64,000 nt of DNA from Eledone cirrhosa (taxonomy: Eukaryota), in assembly GCA_964016885.1 (NCBI GenBank), contig OZ024740.1, forward strand, positions 124,744,001 to 124,808,000, written 5' to 3'. This document shows positions 26,863 through 38,922 of this stretch, piece by piece (the stretch's first letter is position 1; each line of letters opens with the position of its first letter). The notes beneath the pieces were generated by a model, which was given only the letters and a program-made list of their open reading frames with translations, had not been told where the DNA came from and did no database searches. Both the position numbers and the translations under genes were made by a program.

Positions 26863-26947
<85 letters not shown>

Positions 26948-27235
26948 TAAAATAACAGAATAAAGTTTAAGCAAAGAATCGTTGCTTTCACTCTTAACGT
27001 GATCTTCTGAAACTAACAAAGTCAATCTGTGAACGCAGAAGTAAATATTTCAAAAAACGTTGTAACCGGAGGAAGACAGGAAGACGATACTTTGGTTCGT
27101 GGAAATGTTCCCTGGCAAAGAACGGGAAAAAACGAATATAATACGTCATTATTTGATCTACGGTTCTTATATATTTGATATATATTTATCCTTATCGAGC
27201 CCTCTTTGGATTTTAGTCTTCAAATTTATTATTAT

Positions 27236-27321
<86 letters not shown>

Positions 27322-27525
27322 GTGTGTTTAATGGTAGCTATGGTGCATCCATAGGCGGTATACCAAAATTAGCACTCAATATTCTTACAGAGCAGAGTGT
27401 GAATAGTATAAAAAAACGAAAAATCAGTGTACAGTGATCATGTCTCGAGCTTTATGCCGGCGAAACAATTGTAACACGCAATAAACTGAGTCCAGATGCA
27501 TCACTGATTTTTCGTTTTTTTATAC

Positions 27526-27591
<66 letters not shown>

Positions 27592-27597
<6 letters not shown>

Positions 27598-28665
27598 AGT
27601 TAAGCAAATCAGGACCACAGGCTCACATAGAAGACATTAGTCGAAAAGTATCAACATTAACTGCAGTTTAATATAAACAAGGGGGTAATAATGTCAGTTT
27701 ACAATTGTTTCACTACTCCATATAATGTTTCTGGATCAATCGATGGTAATATCGTTATTGATTTGGTGCAGAGAAAGATAATTAACATAGAACAATGTTA
27801 TGGAGCATCTCCTCAGAACTTAAGGTTAAATAATGAAAATATTAATATGTATAAAGTAGAAATAAAAATAAAATAAAATGAGAGGGTTTCGTGTCCATAG
27901 ATAATCGTCAGATTAGCGGGTCCCTAGATGTGGTCCCTTGGCACTGGAAAATCTAAGTGTATGGTATAAAGAAATGTTACGTATCTGTCGAGGCTGAATG
28001 TAAACAATGCCACCTAACGCACAACAAAATGGCTTCTTGTAGAGAAACTACCTTATTGTACAGAGATGGGTTTCAAGGGAGGCAATTCCTTGAAGATCCA
28101 AAGGTAGCTAATAGGTAAAGTTATAATGAGATATGTGACTAAGATAATGTGAGGGAGGTAACTTATAGGTGTTTACGTGGTGGACTAAAAATGTTCTAGT
28201 TTATTAGTTATAGTAAATGATAGGCTAAGGTGGGTCAAATATTCTGTTAGCGAAGGAGCTCGCTCTGCGGTGGTGGCAGTTGATGACCATCTCATTTCTG
28301 TCATTTATGGGGGTGAGGGTTGCCTTGACAAACTTATGTGATAGGCCTCGGTGAGGCAGAGATCGCAAGAATTTTTCTCCCGTTAAACGCTGGAGATCTA
28401 GTCAATATAACCCAAGTTAGTGAATGTTCAATGTTGGCCAGTTTAAGGTTTTTAACGAGCCTAGCTAGAGAAGTAGAGCATCTATGGCCAGGTTCGCGGA
28501 AGGAAAACGAGTGCGCGTTATATCGAACCTTAAATGGGTTAGATGTAGAGCCAATATAGGAGCTAGTAGATAGGCCGTTCTAACGATGCACTTAGATACG
28601 ATATTGGGCGTAAGGCATTGCCCGTTAAGCGGGCATGCGGCGGGGTTACGGCATTTGCAATTAGG
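27592..28665 (-). mobile_element. 5'-truncated Penelope-like element: GIY-YIG endonuclease remnant + 3' UTR with HHR, flanked by (TA)n
   Basis: Manual minus-strand translation of 28662-28245 across frameshifts: NCKCRNPAACPLNGQCLTPNIVSKCIV / SYIGSTSNPFKVRYNAHSFSFR..STSLA..W / CDLCLTEAYHI / INDRNEMVINCHH. Confidence 0.85.
27696..27820 (-). ncRNA. Type I hammerhead with extended stem II (PLE 3' UTR)
   Basis: Reverse complement reads agtt CTGAGGA ga tgctccata...tatggagta gt GAAA caattg TA aact. Confidence 0.85.
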
Positions 28666-28719
28666 ATATATATATATATATATATAAAGAATGAAACAGT
28701 TCTAGTCCTGTAGAATCTC

Positions 28720-28751
<32 letters not shown>

Positions 28752-28755
<4 letters not shown>

Positions 28756-29028
28756 GTGATGTGTTATTTCCTTGAGCAAGACACTTTATTTCATATTTCT
28801 CGAGTTTACTCAGCTGTATAAATAAGATGATAGGACTGGGGTCCCTATCATTCCACTGCAAAGTAGTTGTGGAGGTGCCACGGCAAAAAAATCACCCAGC
28901 TCACATTGTAAAGTGGACGTGTAGGCGCCACGGAAAAAAAAGCACCCAGCACTCACTGTAAATGAGGTTTGTGTTAGGAATGTCATCCATCTGGAGAAAT
29001 CAAGCCAGAATCAGTCCTGTCCCACCCT
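28752..29028 (+). mobile_element. 5'-truncated tRNA-derived SINE
   Basis: ccttgagcaagacactttatttc core plus RTE-like tail; same family as 41051. Confidence 0.8.
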
Positions 29029-29029
29029 T

Positions 29030-29343
29030 GTGTGTGTGTGTCTGATGGTAGCTAAGATGCTTCCATGGTTGAGCACTCTATGCTCTTACAGAGTAGAGTA
29101 TGACAGAATAGAAAACCAAAAATCAGTGATGCATCTGAAATCAATTTATTATGTGTTACAATTGTTTCGCCGGCGGACAGCTCGAGACGCGATCATTGTG
29201 TGGATCTGTCTGATTCTGGAACCGCATGTTCGACGGACACGTCTAATGATTTCGGAGCATCATTAGACGTGTCCGTCGAAACTGCGGGTCCAGAATCAAA
29301 CAGATCCACACAATTATCGCGTCTCGAGCTGACTGCCGGCGAA

Positions 29344-29345
<2 letters not shown>
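29030..29345. mobile_element. Family C inverted-repeat element with HHR-like motif (29153-29240, minus); related copies at 27320-27530 and 30465-30705
   Basis: ~90 bp arms mirrored around 29254; GAAA caattg TA acac with gtgt stem I; core degenerate (CCGTCGA). Confidence 0.7.
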
Positions 29346-29427
<82 letters not shown>

Positions 29428-29506
29428 AGACCCATAACAGTTGGAGCTTCCAGCTTCCTTTTTTCAGGGTATGTCAATATTTATTTATAAAACTAATCTG
29501 TATTGT

Positions 29507-29570
29507 ATTTTATCTGATGAAAGCGCACCATAATTTGCCTTGGTGGCCCTTGAAATATGTATAATAAAAT
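29507..29570 (+). ncRNA. Type I hammerhead ribozyme (family D)
   Basis: attttat CTGATGA aagcgcacca..tggtggccctt GAAA tatgta TA ataaaat; 7 bp stem I; related degenerate copy at 50001-50042 (minus). Confidence 0.75.
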
Positions 29571-29720
29571 AAATATGGTTTTATAAATATAGTTTCCATT
29601 TGGTAGTATATTGTATATTTACTCCACTAAATTGTCGAGTGCTTTATATCAGTTATAAAAATGTTTAAGCTTGTTGAATCCCAACAAAATTAAATATAAC
29701 CTCTGCATATATATATATGA

Positions 29721-29930
29721 AGGCGTGTGGCTGAGTGGGTAGAGAATTGGTTTCGCAATGGTGAGGTTGTGAGTTCGATTCCCAGACCAGGCGATGCGTT
29801 ATATGCTATAGCAAGATACTTTATTTCACGTTTCTCCTTCTACTTGGAGTTGCGACCGATAGATAGTACTAGCAATTGGAAAGACCACTGGAAACATTGT
29901 CTCCTTGGTCCGATTTGACGAAAGTCGATC
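29721..29930 (+). mobile_element. tRNA-derived SINE
   Basis: A box tggctgagtgg, B box gagttcgattcc, then the gcaagatactttatttcac core. Confidence 0.75.
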
Positions 29931-29934
29931 ATTC

Positions 29935-29985
<51 letters not shown>

Positions 29986-30090
29986 TCTCTTATGGTCAGA
30001 AACATATTCTCTTACAACTAATACAGACCGACAAAATGTGCACACTCCACTTTTACCTTCACAGCTCTGTATACACACATACACACCATT

Positions 30091-30135
<45 letters not shown>

Positions 30136-30284
30136 TGCGAGAAAAACCACAAAACCTCCATCTCAATTCTACTTTTGAAAAGAACAAATACTTTCACTCG
30201 TGTAGGACGTCTCGTTTTTGTAAAAAACCTCATTTACTAATATATATATATCATCATTTTACGCCCCCGGTCTTCCCTGCTTGC

Positions 30285-30318
<34 letters not shown>

Positions 30319-30321
30319 ATA

Positions 30322-30383
<62 letters not shown>

Positions 30384-30511
30384 CACATTTATACATATAT
30401 ATGTATGTATATATATATACATATATATATATACATACATATATATGTATATATATATATAGAGAGATGGAAAACGAAAAGTCAGCGATACAGCGGAACT
30501 CAATTTATTGT

Positions 30512-30599
30512 GTGTTACAATTGTTTCCCCGGCGAACAGCTCGAAGTGCGATCCGTTCGTGGATCTACCTGACTCTAGTCATGCAGGTTCCTCGGACAC
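30512..30599 (-). ncRNA. Hammerhead-like motif, U4C core variant (family C)
   Basis: Reverse complement reads gtgt CCGAGGA ... GAAA caattg TA acac; stem II imperfect. Confidence 0.55.
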
Positions 30600-31284
30600 G
30601 TCTATTAATTTCGGATCATATCCCCTTTCTATAATACTCTGCTCAGTAGGAGCATAGAGTGCTCAACCGGCATACCGCATATGGAAGCATCTTATCTACC
30701 ATTAGACATATATATATATATATATATATGGGTCATACTTTTTCCTATATATATATATATATATGAATTTGTTTTGTGGCGTAGACATTACAGTACAATA
30801 GGAGGGAACATAATAGTACCACTGATGATGTTGCCGATGTACAACAAAAGGACTTTGATAGACTATATATATATATTTAAATCTGTATTTTTAACCATTG
30901 GTCAATCAATGATAAACGTTGATTGCCAAATAAATTTAACGATGGAGATACAACCAAACAGTGAGTGTGTTCTGTTATCATTTCTGGCAATATTATTACA
31001 ACAACATGACCCTCCCAAGTATAACAATATATATATATATATATATATATTTAGAAACACACAGATACATGCGGACACACACATATATACATGAGTGCAT
31101 CCGCACCCAACTGTGAGTTAAGGGTGCCAACTTCACCGATGTTGCTCAATGAATGACTGGGACAGACCAATTCAGTTTGAACTAGACTGAACCAGTATCA
31201 GAGTTAAAAATACATTATGAAGATAGAAGAAACATTTAGATATAATTAGTAATAAAATGTATCATACATAAACTGTTCCTAAAT

Positions 31285-31372
31285 TCCTCGACTACGTAGT
31301 TTCGTGGCATAAACAAAAACAATATATCAAAGATATAGAGTCCTTGCGAGGTCTGCCGACTTATCAAGAGGA
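31285..31372 (-). ncRNA. Type I hammerhead, U3:A8 core variant
   Basis: Reverse complement reads tcctc TTGATAA gt(c)ggca...tgccac GAAA ctacgtag TC gagga. Confidence 0.85.
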
Positions 31373-31871
31373 TACCTCATTTTACTAGTCTCAAGAACGC
31401 GTCTACACGACGTGAGAAAGAATCCCAAAAGGCGGAGGGGGAGATAGTCACGCGATATAACGGTCGAGAAACAGAGCTAAGCCTCTTATAACCACGAAGA
31501 AAATACCACGGAGGCGGAGGGGGTATTCATATCGAGGCCGCAGAAGAGGTAGTGAAGAAGGCGAGAAGTATGAGTAATGGAAGCTTTCCAGTTGTCCCCA
31601 CACTTCAAAGATTGCTCGACCAGAGGGAGTTAATATATTTAGAAACACACAGATACATGCGGACACACACATATATACATGAGTGCATCCGCACCCAACT
31701 GTGAGTTAAGGGTGCCAACTTCACCGATGTTGCTCAATGAATGACTGGGACAGACCAATTCAGTTTGAACTAGACTGAACCAGTATCAGAGTTAAAAATA
31801 CATTATGAAGAGAGAAAAACATTTAGATATAATTAGTAATAAAATGTATCATACCTAAACTGTTCCTAAAT

Positions 31872-31959
31872 TCCTCGACTACGTAGTTTCGTGGCATAAA
31901 CAAAAACAATATATCAAAGATATAGAGTCCTTGCGAGGTCTGCCGACTTATCAAGAGGA
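31872..31959 (-). ncRNA. Type I hammerhead, U3:A8 core variant (unit 2)
   Basis: Identical to 31285-31372. Confidence 0.85.
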
Positions 31960-32459
31960 TACCTCATTTTACTAGTCTCAAGAACGCGTCTACACGACGT
32001 GAGAAAGAATCCCAAAAGGCGGAGGGGGAGATAGTCACGCGATATAACGGTCGAGAAACAGAGCTAAGCCTCTTATAACCACGAAGAAAATACCACGGAG
32101 GCGGAGGAGGTATTCATATCGAGGCCGCAGAAGAGGTAGTGAAGAAGGCGAGAAGTATGAGTAATGGAAGCTTTCCAGTTGTCCCCACACTTCAAAGATT
32201 GCTCGACCAGAGGGAGTTAATATATTTAGAAACACACAGATACATGCGGACACACACATATATACATGAGTGCATCCGCACCCAACTGTGAGTTAAGGGT
32301 GCCAACTTCACCGATGTTGCTCAATGAATGACTGGGACAGACCAATTCAGTTTGAACTAGACTGAACCAGTATCAGAGTTAAAAATACATTATGAAGAGA
32401 GAAGAAACATTTAGATATAATTAGTAATAAAATGTATCATACCTAAACTGTTCCTAAAT

Positions 32460-32547
32460 TCCTCGACTACGTAGTTTCGTGGCATAAACAAAAACAATAT
32501 ATCAAAGATATAGAGTCCTTGCGAGGTCTGCCGACTTATCAAGAGGA
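32460..32547 (-). ncRNA. Type I hammerhead, U3:A8 core variant (unit 3)
   Basis: Identical to 31285-31372. Confidence 0.85.
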
Positions 32548-32883
32548 TACCTCATTTTACTAGTCTCAAGAACGCGTCTACACGACGTGAGAAAGAATCC
32601 CAAAAGGCGGAGGGGGAGATAGTCACGCGATATAACGGTCGAGAAACAGAGCTAAGCCTCTTATAACCACGAAGAAAATACCACGGAGGCGGAGGGGGTA
32701 TTCATATCGAGGCCGCAGAAGAGGTAGTGAAGAAGGCGAGAAGTATGAGTAATGGAAGCTTTCCAGTTGTCCCCACACTTCAAAGATTGCTCGACCAGAG
32801 GGAGTTAATATATTTAGAAACACACAGATACATGCGGACACACACATATATACATGAGTGCATCCGCACCCAACTGTGAGTTA

Positions 32884-32927
<44 letters not shown>

Positions 32928-32949
32928 ATGCACATGTTTGTGTACTTCT

Positions 32950-35900
32950 ATGGCATCATCAACATCACCTTCCACGCTAACATGTCTCACTCATGCAGGT
33001 GTGTTTCTGGCTGCTTTTCTACAGCTGGATGCCCTTCCTAACGCCAACCACATTTACAGTGTGGATGGGTGTTATTTTTCGTGACACCTACTTGACCAGA
33101 TTACAGTGTGGACTGGGCACTTTTTGTCATGACACCTCACAACCATTTTACAGTGTGGACTGGGCACCTTTGTCATGTCACCAACACAACCACTTTACAG
33201 TGGGGACTGTCTTGGGACAGTCTTGGGACAGTCTTGGGACTAGTGAGGAGGAAGAAAGCTTGGGGAAATTGTGGACAAGATAGTAGGGAAGGTATGGTTA
33301 CCGCTAAGGGAGGTGAATGAGATGGGAGAAGGTTGAGAAAGGTGTTACCTACTAGGTATAAGTCTCAGCCTGAGAATAATAGAGGGTGGATCTTCTGTAA
33401 AACTGCATAGCGCCAGTGGTCGCGGTCCTGTGTCATTGCCTTTGAGAGGTGTAATTGTCCAAGATCAGCTTTTATTACCTCATCCTAAGTCTTCTTAGGT
33501 CTGCCCACACCATGGCTACCATCAACTTTGAGCGCTCCGCACCTTATTATACAGCTGTCATCCTTCATACACATCACATATCCATACCAACACAATCTCC
33601 TTTCCTGCACGCAACAGCTGATCCTTCTTATGCCTAATTTCTCTCACAGTATATTTATATTTTTCCATTCATGTCTATTTCTATTGCACATCCACCGAAG
33701 CATGGGGGCTTCATTTCTTTCCAATCTTCGCAGATCCCCAGCACACAGTGCCAAGGTCTCACTGATGTGCAACATTTTTGTTTGTATACATGCATCATAC
33801 AGTCCACCTTTCATATTGAGGGAAAACCCGTTTGTAGTTAGTAATGTTAATTGCTCCTTTATCTTTCTCCAACCTGATCTTACTCTGGTTACTGTGCATT
33901 CAGAACACCCTGTCCCACTACAGAGTTGGTCATCCAGAGAACAGAATCTATCTACCACTTCAACCGGGCCCTCTGAGCATTTGAAGATGGTTTTATCATG
34001 AGAGTTCTTGCTTCTTACAGCCCGTGCACCAGCCCCAATTAAAACCTACATTCTTAGTTAGCCTGCCTGAGATCCCACTACATCTCTTGTGTACCCATTG
34101 CATTCATTTGGTACATAGAATGGAATTTCTACCTACTCCTTTTCTGCACACTGAACAGGGCCATTTCCCAGAGGGGATCTGGGCTCTGTTTTCCCTTCTA
34201 CTTACTAGGACTTTAGTCTTTGCCAGGTTGACTTTATGACCTTTAAATTCTAGGCCTTGCTTCCAGGTTTGGAATTACATCTCTAGTTCAGCTATAGATT
34301 TGGCTATACGGGTTAGGTCATCAGCATACAGAAATTCCCAGAGGCAGCCAGTCTTAAACTTTTCTGTTATTGGCTGCAGAACGATAAACAGAAGAGGTCT
34401 AAGAACAGAGCCATGATGGGCACCAGCCAGCATGCTAAATTCTTCACTATAGTTATTGTTAATCCTAACTTTACTGGCTGTTCTTCTATACACTGCTTGA
34501 ATTGCCCTCATCAGCCATTCATCAACTCTTGGTTTCTTTTAGTTTACTAAGAGCCCACCAGATAGTGGAACAGCGGACTCTGTCAAAGGCTTACTAAAGG
34601 TTGACAAAAGCTAAGTAGAGGGGCTTACTCTTAGCTAGATACTTCTCTTGTAGTTGTCTTACGAGGAAGAGGGCATCTATGGTACTCTTACATGGGACAA
34701 ATCCAAACTGCATCTTTTCTATGTTAACACTTTCCCTAATTAGCTGAGCAAAGACTCTTTCAGTGACCTTCATAACCTGGTCAACCAACTTAATGCCTCT
34801 ATAGTTTTCTCTATCTACTGCTTCTTCTTTGCCCTTGTAGCAGTTTACGATGATGCTCCTACACCAGTCATTGGCTATGACACCATTTTGTATGACTTGA
34901 TTTATAATGCAGAAGACTATGGTGTGGCCCACCATACCTGAAGATTCAGCATCTCAGCAACTATCCCCGAGGGGCCAGCTGCACTGCCTGACTTCAAATC
35001 CCTGTTTGCCTTACTTACTATACTACCGCTAACTTGTACAGCTGAGCCCTCTGTTGGGTTGACATGAAACAGACTGTCTTTATCCGATGCATTCTCCTTA
35101 TTCAGTAATCTTTCATAGTGGCACTTCCATGCTACCTTTGTTCCAGCATCAGAAGGCAAGTTCACCTAAATCATTTCTGACACCCCTCTCTCCACCAACA
35201 TCACAATTTTCCCTGACACACTGTCTAGTGATGCTGAACACCTCACGTCTTTGATCCTCGCACTGCTAAACATGCTTAATTTGTTTTGTTTTCTGCTTCC
35301 CTTGTAGCAAGGTAAACTTGTCACCTAGCTTCTCTTCTAGCCTTCTGGTAAACTTCCCTGCTACCCCTATTAGGCCAATCTTTCCAAGCCTGTCTTTTGG
35401 CTTTAATTGTCTCATCTAATTTACTATTCCACCATCATGTCACTCTCTGTCTCCCTAGAAACCTACTCCAACCACAGATTTCATCTGTTGCCTTCAGTAG
35501 GTTATCTTTCAGAAACTGCCACTGCTCCTCTATATCGTATGTCTCTACTTGTTCTTCATACTGTTGAAGGCGTCAGTCAACATACTTCTAAATTTTTTAC
35601 TGTTTGATGGGTCTTTTAACTGCCATACTCATCTCCTCCAGCTCGGCTTTTGTTGTCGAGTTCTTCTAGCCCTGATTATAAGGTCACTAACTACTAAGTT
35701 ATGTTGGGAGGTACATTCTTCACTGGGAAGTTTGTGTTCCTAAGAGTCACTCTGTCTCATCTTCTAGTAACAATGAAATCAATTTGGCTGGTGTGGTCAC
35801 CTGATCTTTATATGATTAGGCGACTGTCACATTTTCTGAATTTGTGTTACAAATAAATATGTCATTGACATCACAGAATTCCAATAGTCTGAAGCCTTCC

Positions 35901-36350
35901 TCATTTTTAGTACTGTATCTGTAACAACCGTGGATCCCATCAAATCCATTGCAGAGTTGTCACACATGTCCGTTGAAGTCACCTGCAATGAGTAGGAAGT
36001 GGTTGTCATTAATTTGGGAGGTAGTGTGCATTAGGGATTCATAGAGCCTGTCTTGTTGTATGTCTGGAGGTCCAGATTGAGAAGCGTAGGCAGATATAAT
36101 TGTTATGGTTGTTCTGTTTATTACAAGTCTAAGTTTGATTATTCTATCATTTACTCTATTTATAGCAATGACTTTGTTTATTCAATTTTCTGCTACCAAA
36201 TCGCTACTGGAGTTCGGAGGGAAAGTGGGAGGTAGATGCGAATTTGGTAAAGGGGCATGTGGGATGGGAGGGGAGGGGAGGGTTGGTATAGGTTTTCCAT
36301 GTCTGAAATAAAGAAGAGCAATTTTGCGATCGTCCAGAGGTGGTTGGTGG
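32950..36350 (-). mobile_element. Degenerate near full-length RTE LINE
   Basis: ORF pieces NYRGIKL..MQFGF (34594-34935), WEFLYADD (34275-34511), LYDAC..LERNEA (33644-33958); APE remnants near 35800-36150. Confidence 0.9.
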
Positions 36351-36774
36351 GGTTCATATTTGTTGATTAGTAATGCTCCAACTTAGTATTCCATATGCCA
36401 TACAGAAACAAACATCAGATCTAAAAACAACTGTCCTAGGAGGGGATTGAGTTAGCTGGTTGCTAGTTTGTGCTGCAGAGGTTTGAGTGGTTGATGTGGC
36501 AATGTTGGCAGAAGGGGAATTGTGGCATGGTGAAAGAGAAAAGGAAACTTTTGAGATGAAGGAAAAAAGAAATGAAAAAAGGAGAGACGACGATCTGTGA
36601 AAGGAGTGCATGGATTAGGCCTGGTTGGTTTGGAAGAATACAAAAAGATTACATTACCGAACAGAAAACATGATAATAACAGAAAACATGATAATAATAA
36701 TAATAATAAACCCTGTATCCAAGATAATTTAAGATTGAAATGAAAGGGTCTTTTATATATATATATATATATAA

Positions 36775-37015
36775 TTTTACTCAGCTGTAGAAATGAGATG
36801 ATTGGACTGGGGTCCCTATCATTACCACGGAAAAAAAAGCAACCAGCCCACACTGTAAAGTGGACTTGTAGGCGCCATGGAAAAAAAGCACCCAGCAATC
36901 TCTGTAAATGAGGTTGGTGTTAGGAATGGCATCCATCTGTAGAAATCAAGCCAGAATCAGTTCCTGTCCCACCCTTGCAAGCAGGGAAAAGCAAACGTAA
37001 AATGATGATGATGAT
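36775..37015 (+). mobile_element. Truncated SINE (RTE-tailed family)
   Basis: tcagctgtagaaatgagatga...ggtgttaggaatggcatcc...(GAT)n. Confidence 0.75.
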
Positions 37016-37068
37016 AAGGTAAAATAAAATAAAGATGCGTGGTTACTCCTTCATTACATTTATTGATT

Positions 37069-37226
37069 GGTGACGCGCGTTTCGCTATTGATCAGCTCAA
37101 TGTTCGATATGTATCGATCAAGCCTGCCTCTGTAATCAATTGCTCATTGGACCTCATTACCACCAAAGAGGTCCAAGAGCAATTGATTACAGAGGCGGGC
37201 TAGATCAAAACATATTGAACATTGAT
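37069..37226. repeat. Inverted repeat with degenerate HHR (37069-37153, minus)
   Basis: Reverse complement reads ggt CCAATGA gcaattgat...atcaatagc GAAA cgcgcg TC acc; arms ~37097-37155 and ~37167-37226; adjoins (TA)n. Confidence 0.6.
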
Positions 37227-37229
37227 ATT

Positions 37230-37357
<128 letters not shown>

Positions 37358-37991
37358 TGTATATCAAATAAGTATGCATGCATAAATACATACATAAAAA
37401 TATGAGTACATACCTAAAGACGTTGTATACTGACACAGCATTTTATTGCATGCATATATATATTCATATATCATACTGTATTATATAGAGGGTTCCATAT
37501 ATTTTATTCAAAGCAATTTTTTGTAAACATTCTGACATCATTTTTGTTATTATCATTTCAATATTGATTCTCTCTTATACACTTTAATGATTTATATTTA
37601 AATATATTTCAATTATTTTGGTTTTACATTTACACATAAATTCTACATTTTCGTGTATTCATGTATATATATATATATATATATTTGTGTGTATATGTTA
37701 TGTATTCGTATGAAATTGTGTATTTATTTTCTGCTTGCATATAGAAATTGTCAGTAAATACATATAAATTGTGGATGTGAACATAGATATTTATATACAC
37801 ACATATACATAGAGAGGGAGACACATATTTTATCATCATAACTTTTTCACCTGCTCTTCCATGTGGATATATATTTTTTCTTTTTTCTTTCTTTTTCTTC
37901 ACCCACTTATTCCTGAGAGGGTTGTAGGGTATTTATCTCTCTATCCATCTATCTATCTATCTATCTATCTATCTATATATATGTGTGTGCG

Positions 37992-38085
<94 letters not shown>

Positions 38086-38506
38086 TGTCTGTGTGTGTGT
38101 GTGTGTGAATGTATGTATACATATTCGTTACATTATTATATATTAACTATAAAATTGCGATTTTGCCATTTTTGTTGTATCTTATGTTATTGGTGTATGT
38201 GTATGTATGTGAATTATATATTTTATTTCATTGGTCTTTTGCATATATTTACTTTTATTTTAGAAACAAAAAATAAAGAAGTAGCAAACGAAATCAGATA
38301 GTATTCTTAGAATGGTTATTGCTTTGGACAATGAAACCCAAGAGAACAGTCTTGGCATAGAGATAAATTCCTAAAATTGAGACATGGTAAATAATTTAAA
38401 ATAATCTATTTAGAATGTCTGAAAGAATACAGTCTATTGGAGGATTCAGAGTGTGATTAAACTTCGTAGATGTGAGGTAAATAGGTATGTTAGTGTGTAT
38501 ATATAA

Positions 38507-38537
<31 letters not shown>

Positions 38538-38759
38538 CACATACACACACACATATATAAATGCACATAATTAATTATTGGCTTTAGGAAAAGCATCTGG
38601 CAGAGGAAACCATGTCAGATATGGAATATAGAATTCATGACTTGGTTCCCCAAACAGTTAACTTTTAGATTATGATAACCTGTCCAACCCATGGCAACAA
38701 GGAAGGTTGCCATAAAATATATACAAATATATATATATATATATATATATGCGTCATCC

Positions 38760-38922
38760 ATCGGTCTCCGTTCACGACGAGGCAATGATCGAAGGGAGCA
38801 ATCGGGGCCACTCGTATTGCGACATTAGACGTGAAATTCTTGGATCGTCGCATGACACACTGCAGCAACGGCATGTGACAAGTACGTTTTCCTCGATCAA
38901 GAGCAAAAGTCGGAGGTTCGAA
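38760..38922 (+). pseudogene. 18S rRNA gene fragment (central domain), diverged
   Basis: cgtattgcgacattagacgtgaaattcttggatcg...tcaagagcaaaagtcggaggttcgaa resembles conserved eukaryotic SSU GTGAAATTCTTGGA...TCAAGAACGAAAGT..GAGGTTCGAA. Confidence 0.8.

Larger units (their letters stand above)
25389..26866. mobile_element. Family A retrozyme inverted + tandem array (period 428)
   Basis: Minus arm to ~25820, then about 2.4 plus-oriented units; (TA)n on both sides. Confidence 0.85.
31043..32885 (-). repeat. Tandem array of ~3.1 near-identical 587/588 bp units, each with an HHR (family E retrozyme), between (TA)n tracts
   Basis: Repeating landmarks at 31448, 32035 and 32623; only a few differences between units. 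Confidence 0.92.

Noticed and set aside
30815-30865. ctgatga-tgttg..caac-aaaa hammerhead-like remnant
   Set aside because: G12 missing and no convincing stem III, UH or stem I; at most a decayed copy
31448-32847. Thrice-repeated 74 aa ORF
   Set aside because: By-product of the tandem repeat; no recognisable motifs and it starts in low-complexity sequence
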